From: Bacteroidota bacterium
Lineage (GTDB): Bacteria; Bacteroidota; Ignavibacteria; SZUA-365
Direction: 5' to 3'
DNA length: 48,615 nucleotides
Assembly: GCA_016928515.1 (NCBI GenBank)
Contig: JAFGKR010000345.1
Coordinates: 1 to 48,615 of the forward strand
The position numbers were made by a program, and so were the translations under genes. Position 1 is the stretch's first letter. Every line of letters begins with the position of its first letter. The notes beneath the pieces were generated by a model. That model was not told the origin of the DNA. It saw nothing but the letters and a program-made list of their open reading frames with translations, and did no database searches. Below, in pieces: positions 30,475 through 38,400 of the stretch.

Positions 30475-30969
30475 ATGAATCCTGTAATCGAAAAGGTTGT
30501 CCACACGCTGCGCGAGCGGATGGGAGACGCAGTGGAGGAGGTTCGTGTCTTTCGCGACGATGTGATCGTCGTGGTCGACCGCAGCGTCGTGGTCGAAGCC
30601 GCTACCTGGCTGCGCGACAATGACGAGTGTCCCTTCCCTCTCTGCGAGGATGTGTTCGGGATCGATGCGTATACACGCACGAAGCGTTTTGAGGTGAATT
30701 ACCATTTCTTTTCCCTGGCACAACACGTGCGTATTCATCTCAAGGTCCGCGTGGAGGAGGAGGATGCGCAGATCCCCACCATCACGGGCGTGTATCCCGG
30801 TGCAGGCTGGTATGAACGTGAAACCTATGACATGTTCGGTGTTACATTCACCGGTCACCGTGACCTTCGGCGTGTGTACATGCCCGAAGAGTTCGAATAT
30901 TATCCGTTGCGCAAGGATTATCCGCTGATGGGTATTCCGGGGGCGCTCCCCCTGCCGAAACGAGGATAG
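30475..30969 (+). CDS. nuoC: NADH-quinone oxidoreductase subunit C
   Basis: YPGAGWYERETYDMFGVTFTGH signature. Confidence 0.9.
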   Translation: MNPVIEKVVHTLRERMGDAVEEVRVFRDDVIVVVDRSVVVEAATWLRDNDECPFPLCEDVFGIDAYTRTKRFEVNYHFFSLAQHVRIHLKVRVEEEDAQIPTITGVYPGAGWYERETYDMFGVTFTGHRDLRRVYMPEEFEYYPLRKDYPLMGIPGALPLPKRG

Positions 30970-30973
30970 GAGT

Positions 30974-32278
30974 ATGAGCGAAACGAAACCGACCGCCGGC
31001 GACTTCTTTGATCTTCCCGTAAACACGTCGCACCTCCCGCCGAAGGAGAAGCGCAGCAAGCTGCTGCAAGCACTGCTGGATATGGATCCGAATCTCTCCT
31101 TCGATGATCCGCTCGAAAACGACATGGTGCTGAACATGGGGCCGTCGCATCCCGCCACGCATGGGGTGTTGCGCATTCTTCTGCGCCTGGACGGGGAGAC
31201 CATCATCAACGCCATGCCTGAACTCGGGTATTTGCATCGCGGGTATGAGAAAATCGCCGAGAACGAGACCTATCATGAATTCATCACGCATACCGATCGT
31301 CTCGATTATCTCCAGCCACTGCACAACAATGTGGCGTACATTCTGGCGGTAGAAAAACTGCTCGGCATCGAAGCTCCGCCGCGTGCGCAGTATATCCGCA
31401 CCATGCTGTCTGAGCTGGCCCGCGTGTCATCGCATCTGGTGGCATTCGGCGTGATGGCCATGGACGTTGGTGCCATGACGTTGCTGCTCTGGTGTTTCCG
31501 GGAGCGTGAGAAAATCCATGATATTTTCGATATCGTCGTCGGTGCCCGTTTCACGACGAGTTTCACGCGTATTGGCGGTATCGCGCAGGATATTCAGGAT
31601 GACGGCATCGCCGCCATCAAGGCTTTTCTCGATCAATTCCCGGAGCGGCAGAACGAAGGCGAACGTCTTCTGAACCGCAACCGCATTTTCTTCGACCGCT
31701 GCCGCCACACCGGCGTCATCAGCGGGGAGGAAGCGCTTGCGATCGGGCTGACCGGTCCGAATCTCCGGGCGTCGGGCGTTGCGCTCGACTTACGTCGGGA
31801 TGCCCCGTATCTGGTCTATGATCAGCTCGATTTCGACGTTATCACCGAAACCGAAGGCGATTCGCTCGCACGCTATTACGTCCGATTGCGTGAGATGGAG
31901 GAGAGCGTCAAGATCATCCGGCAATGTCTGGAGAAATTGCCGCAGGGATCGGTGCACGCCCACGAACCGAAAAAAGTGCTGCCGCGCAAGGAGCGCATAT
32001 ATACACGGATGGAAGAGCTGATCCACGATTTCATGATCGTCAATTTCGGTGTTAATCCGCCGGTGGGCGAAGTATATCATGCGGTGGAATCGGCGAAAGG
32101 ACAGCTCGGATTTTCGATCGTCAGCCGCGGGGAAGGCCATCCTTGGAGGCTGAAAATCCGCTCCCCGTCATTCTGCAATCTGCAGGCCCTGCCGAGGCTG
32201 CTCAAGGGGCACCTGCTCTCCGATATCCTCGCCATCCTCGGCAGTCTCGATCCCGTCATGGGCGAGGCAGACAAATAA
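30974..32278 (+). CDS. nuoD: NADH-quinone oxidoreductase subunit D
   Basis: NMGPSHPATHGVLR and the rest of the 49-kDa subunit. 434 aa, with a short N-terminal extension. Confidence 0.95.
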   Translation: MSETKPTAGDFFDLPVNTSHLPPKEKRSKLLQALLDMDPNLSFDDPLENDMVLNMGPSHPATHGVLRILLRLDGETIINAMPELGYLHRGYEKIAENETYHEFITHTDRLDYLQPLHNNVAYILAVEKLLGIEAPPRAQYIRTMLSELARVSSHLVAFGVMAMDVGAMTLLLWCFREREKIHDIFDIVVGARFTTSFTRIGGIAQDIQDDGIAAIKAFLDQFPERQNEGERLLNRNRIFFDRCRHTGVISGEEALAIGLTGPNLRASGVALDLRRDAPYLVYDQLDFDVITETEGDSLARYYVRLREMEESVKIIRQCLEKLPQGSVHAHEPKKVLPRKERIYTRMEELIHDFMIVNFGVNPPVGEVYHAVESAKGQLGFSIVSRGEGHPWRLKIRSPSFCNLQALPRLLKGHLLSDILAILGSLDPVMGEADK

Positions 32279-32297
32279 CCATTCGCAGAGCATTTCG

Positions 32298-32771
32298 ATG
32301 TTTACCGAAGAAGAACTCAAACACGTCGACGAAATCAAATCGCATTACCCGACCAATCTCTCTGCGGTCATGGGGGTGCTGCACATGTATCAGGACAAGT
32401 ACGGGTACATCTCCGACGAAGGGATCACCTTTATCGCGAAGCTTCTTGATGTTCCCGAAGAAAAGGTGCTCGGTGTGGTCACTTTCTACGAAATGTACCA
32501 TCAGCATAAGACCGGAAAGTACAAGCTTCAGGTGTGCACCAACGTCTCCTGCATGCTGCGCGGATCCGACATGGTACTGAAGACAATCAAGGACAAGATC
32601 GGCATCGGCATCGGCGAGATGACGGCGGACGGCCTGTTTTCTGTGCACGAAGCCGAGTGCCTTGGCTCCTGCGGCACGGCACCGATGATGTCCGTCAACA
32701 AGGACTATCACGAAAATCTGACACCCGAAAAGATCAATGAACTTATCGATGCCCTGAAGGCGCAGGGCTGA
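32298..32771 (+). CDS. nuoE: NADH-quinone oxidoreductase subunit E
   Basis: 2Fe-2S cysteines CTNVSC...ECLGSCGTAP. Confidence 0.9.
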   Translation: MFTEEELKHVDEIKSHYPTNLSAVMGVLHMYQDKYGYISDEGITFIAKLLDVPEEKVLGVVTFYEMYHQHKTGKYKLQVCTNVSCMLRGSDMVLKTIKDKIGIGIGEMTADGLFSVHEAECLGSCGTAPMMSVNKDYHENLTPEKINELIDALKAQG

Positions 32772-32798
32772 CGCCCACGCCGGCTGCATCCGGAAACC

Positions 32799-34055
32799 AT
32801 GAGCGAATACCAGCCAGTTCTCCTCCCAGCAATTCCCGATCTTCACAAGATCGACGTCTACGAACAGCACGGCGGCTATCAGCAGATCCGCAGAGCCCTC
32901 GCCATGACGCAAGAGGATATCATCGGCATCGTCAAGGACTCGGGTCTGCGCGGACGCGGCGGCGCCGCTTTCCCCACCGGCCTGAAGTGGTCCTTCATGC
33001 CCAAGAACGGCGAGAAGCCCAGCTACCTCTGCGTGAACGGCGACGAAAGCGAACCGGGCTCGTTCAAGGATCGGCAGATCTTCGAGTTTAACCCCCACCT
33101 CATGATCGAGGGTATTCTCATTGCGGGTTACGCCCTTCGGATCAAAGCCGCGTACATTTACATTCGCGGTGAGTACGAGAAGTGGGTGCAGATGGTGGAG
33201 AAAGCCCTCGCCGACGCCTACGAAAAGGGTTATGTCGGCGAGAAGATGAAGGATACCTTCGGTACAGGTTTCTCCTGTGAGATCTACGTGCATCGAGGGG
33301 CCGGCGCGTATATCTGCGGCGAGGAAAGTTCGCTGATGAACTCCATCGAGGGTCTTCGTCCCTACCCTCGCGTCAAGCCGCCGTTCCCCGCTCAGGTGGG
33401 ATTGTGGGGATGCCCGACGACCATCAACAACGTCGAGACCATTGCCAATGTCCCGGTGATTCTCGAAAAGGGCGCGGAATGGTACAAGTCCATCGGTGCC
33501 GAAAAGCATCCCGGACCGATTCTCTATGGCATTTCCGGGCATGTCAACAAACCGGGTGTATATGATCTGCCCACAGGCATGCTGCTGACAGAGCTGATCT
33601 ACGATGTGGCCGGCGGCGTTCCGGGAAACAAAAAGATCAAGATGGTCATTCCGGGAGGCAGCTCCATGCCGCCGCTTCGCGGAGACCAGCTCGAGGGAGT
33701 GCGCATGGATGCCGAATCCCTCAAGGAGGTCGGCTCGGCCATCGGTACGGCCGGTATCATGGTCATGGACGAGGATACCGATCTCACGCGCATTCTCACA
33801 CGCATCACCCATTTCTACAAGGTCGAATCCTGCGGCCAGTGCACACCCTGCCGCGAAGGGACGGGCTGGATGCTCAAAGTGCTCAACCGCATGCTCGAAG
33901 GCGAAGGGACGCCGAAGGATCTGGACCTCCTGCACAGCGTCGCGAAAAACATTGAGGGGAACACTGTCTGCGCGCTTGGAGACGCTGCCGCGTGGCCGGT
34001 GAAATTCACCATCGAACGCTTCCGCAACGAACTCGAGGCGGAGCTCCAGCGGTAA
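32799..34055 (+). CDS. nuoF: NADH-quinone oxidoreductase subunit F
   Basis: GRGGAAFPTGLKW (FMN/NADH site) and ESCGQCTPCREG (4Fe-4S). Confidence 0.95.
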   Translation: MSEYQPVLLPAIPDLHKIDVYEQHGGYQQIRRALAMTQEDIIGIVKDSGLRGRGGAAFPTGLKWSFMPKNGEKPSYLCVNGDESEPGSFKDRQIFEFNPHLMIEGILIAGYALRIKAAYIYIRGEYEKWVQMVEKALADAYEKGYVGEKMKDTFGTGFSCEIYVHRGAGAYICGEESSLMNSIEGLRPYPRVKPPFPAQVGLWGCPTTINNVETIANVPVILEKGAEWYKSIGAEKHPGPILYGISGHVNKPGVYDLPTGMLLTELIYDVAGGVPGNKKIKMVIPGGSSMPPLRGDQLEGVRMDAESLKEVGSAIGTAGIMVMDEDTDLTRILTRITHFYKVESCGQCTPCREGTGWMLKVLNRMLEGEGTPKDLDLLHSVAKNIEGNTVCALGDAAAWPVKFTIERFRNELEAELQR

Positions 34056-34073
34056 TCAGAACGACGAAGTCAC

Positions 34074-35420
34074 GTGCTGCCACAGGAAATCATTCGGAAA
34101 AGACGTGACGGTGAACCGCTTGCACGTCAGGAACTCGAATTCTTTTTCCAAGAATTCATGGAGGGCAACGTCTCCGATGAGCAAATGACCGCTCTGCTCA
34201 TGGCCTCGTTCTATGCACCTCCGACCATGGACGAAGCCCTCGCGCTCACCGATATCTTTATCCGTTCCGGTAGTCGTATCGATCTCTCTGCCATCCCGGG
34301 GGTGAAGGTGGACAAACATTCCACCGGAGGAGTGGGAGATAAAACCTCGCTGCTGCTCGTCCCGATTGCTGCAGCGGCAGGGGTGCGCGTCCCCATGATC
34401 TCAGGACGGGCACTGGGACATACCGGCGGAACGCTCGACAAGCTCGAAAGTATCCCCGGTTTCAACGTCCATCCTCCGCCGTCCGCGATCGTTCGTCAGT
34501 TGTCGGAAATTGGTATGGTCATGGCGGGCCAGTCCGCCGATATCGTCCCGCTCGACCGCCGGATATATGCACTGCGAGATGTGACTTCCACCGTCGAAAT
34601 CCTGCCGTTCATCGCAGCCAGCATCATGAGCAAGAAAATCGCGGGAGGAGCCGATGCCCTCGTGCTCGACATAAAGGCCGGCCGCGGAGCATTCATGCGC
34701 GAACGGGTGCAGGCGGAAGAACTGGCACTGCTGCTGGCCGGTGTCGGACGCCATTTTGACCTCCCGACCGTGGGCATTATCACCAACATGGACGAGCCGC
34801 TCGGCTATGCCATCGGCAACTGGTTGGAAGTGGTTGAAGTGGTGGACTGTCTACAGGGCAGAGAAACACCTGATCTCATGGAGGTAACCTACGCCCTCGC
34901 AGGTCTGATGATTCATCTCGGACGAAAGGCGCAGACGGTTTCCGAAGGCATCGCCGTGGCACGGGATGTCGTGCGAAGAGGTTTGGCGTTCGAAAAATTT
35001 CTGGAGCTGGTCCACGCCCAGGGTGGAGATCCTTCCTACATCCAGGAAACACTGCGCTACCGCAACGCGGAAGCCGCGGTGGAGGTCGTCGCTCTCTGCA
35101 GTGGCGTGCTGCACGGAGTGGACGCCCGGGCTCTGGGTCTCCTCGCGGTTGAACTCGGAGCCGGCCGGAAGCAACCCACCGATGAGATCGATCCGACAGC
35201 AGGCATCGTCCTCGCCAAAAAAATCGGTGAACACGTGGAAGAAGATGAAGTCCTGTGTCGCCTGTACAGCTCGGCAGCCCACGATCTCGTCCATTTCCGC
35301 GAACGTGTTCGCGAGGCCTTCTCGATTGGTGACAGGGAAATCCCTCGCGCCGACAAGATTTTTTCGTATTTTGATTCTGATACCATCGTTCCCTGGAGTC
35401 CGGAGTCCCGGGCTCCCTGA
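34074..35420 (+). CDS. deoA: Thymidine / pyrimidine-nucleoside phosphorylase
   Basis: KRDG..L...E...F......G.VSDEQMTALLMA and KHSTGGVGDKTSLLLVPIAAAAG...GHTGGTLDKLESIPGF. GTG start at 34074. Confidence 0.9.
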   Translation: MLPQEIIRKRRDGEPLARQELEFFFQEFMEGNVSDEQMTALLMASFYAPPTMDEALALTDIFIRSGSRIDLSAIPGVKVDKHSTGGVGDKTSLLLVPIAAAAGVRVPMISGRALGHTGGTLDKLESIPGFNVHPPPSAIVRQLSEIGMVMAGQSADIVPLDRRIYALRDVTSTVEILPFIAASIMSKKIAGGADALVLDIKAGRGAFMRERVQAEELALLLAGVGRHFDLPTVGIITNMDEPLGYAIGNWLEVVEVVDCLQGRETPDLMEVTYALAGLMIHLGRKAQTVSEGIAVARDVVRRGLAFEKFLELVHAQGGDPSYIQETLRYRNAEAAVEVVALCSGVLHGVDARALGLLAVELGAGRKQPTDEIDPTAGIVLAKKIGEHVEEDEVLCRLYSSAAHDLVHFRERVREAFSIGDREIPRADKIFSYFDSDTIVPWSPESRAP

Positions 35421-35498
35421 CGTTCGTGGCACCGTCGCACTGCGGACATCATACGATGCAATGGACTGCTGTACTGTCGTCTCCTGCATGAGGCCCGT

Positions 35499-38400
35499 AT
35501 GAAGCGATTGCTCCCGCTGATCCCATGTATTCTCCTACTGGTCGCATCCGTTCCTGCGGAAGCACAGGTGTGGAATGAGGTGCGCATCGTTCGTGTCGAC
35601 ACCACGAACTTCCCTTCCATCAAGGTACATGTGCGGGCCTTCTGCGCAGGACAGCAGAGCTCGAACATCAATCCGGTCACCATCCGTATTTACGAGGACG
35701 GGCAGCTCAAGAGCATGATGGGTTCGCTCGACTGTCCGAATGAAACTGTCCCCGTATCCGTCGCTCTCGCCCTGGATCGCAGCGGCTCCGTCGCCGGAAC
35801 CGCCCTGTATCGCATCCAACTGGGCGCATGGCGTTTTGTCGAATTGATGCAGGCACATACGACGGGGGACGACGAGGTCGCACTCCTCAGCTTCGGCGAT
35901 GATGTCACGCTGGATCAGCCGCTGACGACGAACATGACCGAGCTGTTCGAGGCCATCAACGATCTCTATCCCTTTGGCGTCACCACGATGTACGACGCCC
36001 TGATTGCCGCTCTGAACGAAGTCGCCGCGCGCGGCACCAATCCCATCAAGGCCGTGGTCGTCATGTCCGACGGGGGAGACAACAACAGCCTGGCATCCCT
36101 GGCGGACGTCATTGCGCTGGCCCGCCAATTGGGCATCCCCATATTTTCCATCGGTCTCCGCTATATCGACAACGACAATGAACTCCTGAACATGAAGGCC
36201 CTCGCCGACTCCACCGGCGGGCATTTCCTCATCGTTGACCACCCCGATGACATCGTCGCCTCGTTCAACGCCATGATGTCGCTGGTCACGGGCGGGATGA
36301 ACGACTGCACGTTCAATTATCTCTCCGAATGTCCCGACGGCTCCCTGCGAGAACTGACAGTGATCGCCGAGGCCTGCGGGGTCGCCGATACGGCGCACGT
36401 GCGGTATTATGCTCCGATCGACCCCAATCTTCCGGCGTTCAATATATCCTTTGATTCGTCCTTCGCCTATGAGCGCGGGGATATGCTTGTGCCCGTCTCC
36501 ATCGACGCCGAAATCTCCGGAACCGTGGATCACCTCCAATTCAAGGTCCTCGAACGACCACCACTCACGTTCCGCGAAGTCGTGACCGCCGGCATGCTTG
36601 CCGCACAGGGAACGGTGACCTCGCAGCGCGTTGGGGATACGATCATTGTCGATGTGCAGGGGCCGATTGCGGTATCGGGCAAGTCCACGCTGCTGAAACT
36701 CCGTTATGCCACACCTCCGGTGGGCAAGGACACGACATTCATCTTCCCCGTCTTCTATCTGGATTTTGAAAGCCCGGACTGTATTCAGAAGGGAGCAAAG
36801 AACAGTTATCTGACGATACTCAAGCGTCCGGGACTCGATGTCATGTGCGGGGATTCCATTTTCGTGGACTGGGATGAGACTACGGGCTCGTACAACAATC
36901 CCCTGATCACTTATGCGGTGGGTGTGCAGAACAACAGTGCGCTGTATGCCGAAAACACGCGTATCCGTCTTCATGTGCCCCCGGGGATCGAACTGCTCTC
37001 TCCGTCCGACTCGCTCATTCTCCCCACCAATCCCCTGCCGCCCGGACAGACGGGATTCGTCGAATTCCTCATGCGGGTGCAGCCGTCCGATACGACGCGA
37101 CACTTCCGCATCTGTGTTGAGGTGCAGCCCGACAGTGGCCGCGTCACCACGTGCTGCAAGATGCTGACAGTGGAAGCTGCCAAAACCGCGCTCGAAGCGG
37201 AATGCGAAATGACTGATCGCATCGTGTGGGACGACAGTCTGAATACGTACGTGCCCGAGGTCTTTCCCGTCACGGTGCGTATCAGGAATTTGAGCGATCT
37301 GGCTGCGAAAAATATTCCGACCTGGATCCACGTACCGCCGGGATTTGCCATCGACAGCACCACTCCACCGCTCACTGTCGTTTCGCCGAATGTGCTGACG
37401 CGTGCCGACACCGGAACGATGACGTGGTACGTGCGTCCCCTGGAGCGGCCGACCTCCGATCTGCTGCATTTCTGTGTCAAGGTCGCGGCAGGGAAGGATA
37501 CGGCGGAATGCTGCAGCGTTATCTACGTCGAAGCGTCACCTGTACGGGCACAGCTTCTCTGCAGTGACACGCGTGTTCTCGTCTATGACGACGGAACCGG
37601 GAAATACGATCCCGAGCGCATGTTGCTCATCACCCAGGTGAAAAATCTGTCGAAACTGCCAATGACCACAACGCGGGGACACATTCAACTTCCGTCATTC
37701 CTGAAACTGGACGCGGGCGAATTCCCCACGAAGGATTTTCCCAACAGCGCGGTCATACCGCCCGGCGACAGCGCGGAGATCAAATGGGTGGTCATCACGA
37801 CGGGACCACCACATCCCCCGACACGGATCTGCGTCAATATCACCGCGGAGAATTTCCCCGGTGCCCAATGTTGCACGGCGCTAGACATTCAGACCGTGAA
37901 CGCCATTCCCATGTTGACCTGCACACTCAATGGACCGGATACGATCCGCTACACAAGCGGCAGCTACGTGCCGAATCCGGGCCTGTTCACCGTGCATGTT
38001 GAGAACACGGGAGACACACCGGCAAAAAATCTCTATGCCGCACTCCTGCAGGGCGAGGATCTGTCCATTGATGCCTCGGATCAGTCGCTGAAGCTGCTCA
38101 CCGACTCCCTCGCCGCGGGGAAAAGCGTCAACGGCAGTTTCCGTGTGCGTATTCTCGATCGTACGGTGGGGCGTCACGACACAATCCGCGTCACCGTCTA
38201 TGCCGAGAACGGGGGCGGAATGGTCTGCGAGAAAGTGGTGTTCATCGAGCCGGTGCGTGGTCCCGTACTGCAGCTCAACTGCGACGGACCGGATTCGCTG
38301 GTCTTCGTGGATGCGCTGAACATGTATCAGCCTTCGCCGTTCACCATTCAGTTGGAAGCACGCAACGTCGGAACCGCACTGGCGGATTCCGTCGTCGCGG

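Noticed and set aside
32256-33935. 559-aa minus-strand ORF
   Set aside because: It is antisense to nuoE and nuoF, which carry unmistakable Fe-S and FMN motifs. This is a shadow ORF.
35535-37469. 644-aa minus-strand ORF inside the giant gene
   Set aside because: It is antisense to a frame with a signal peptide, a vWA MIDAS and repeat modules. Its own sequence is Arg/Gly/His-rich and has no domain signature.
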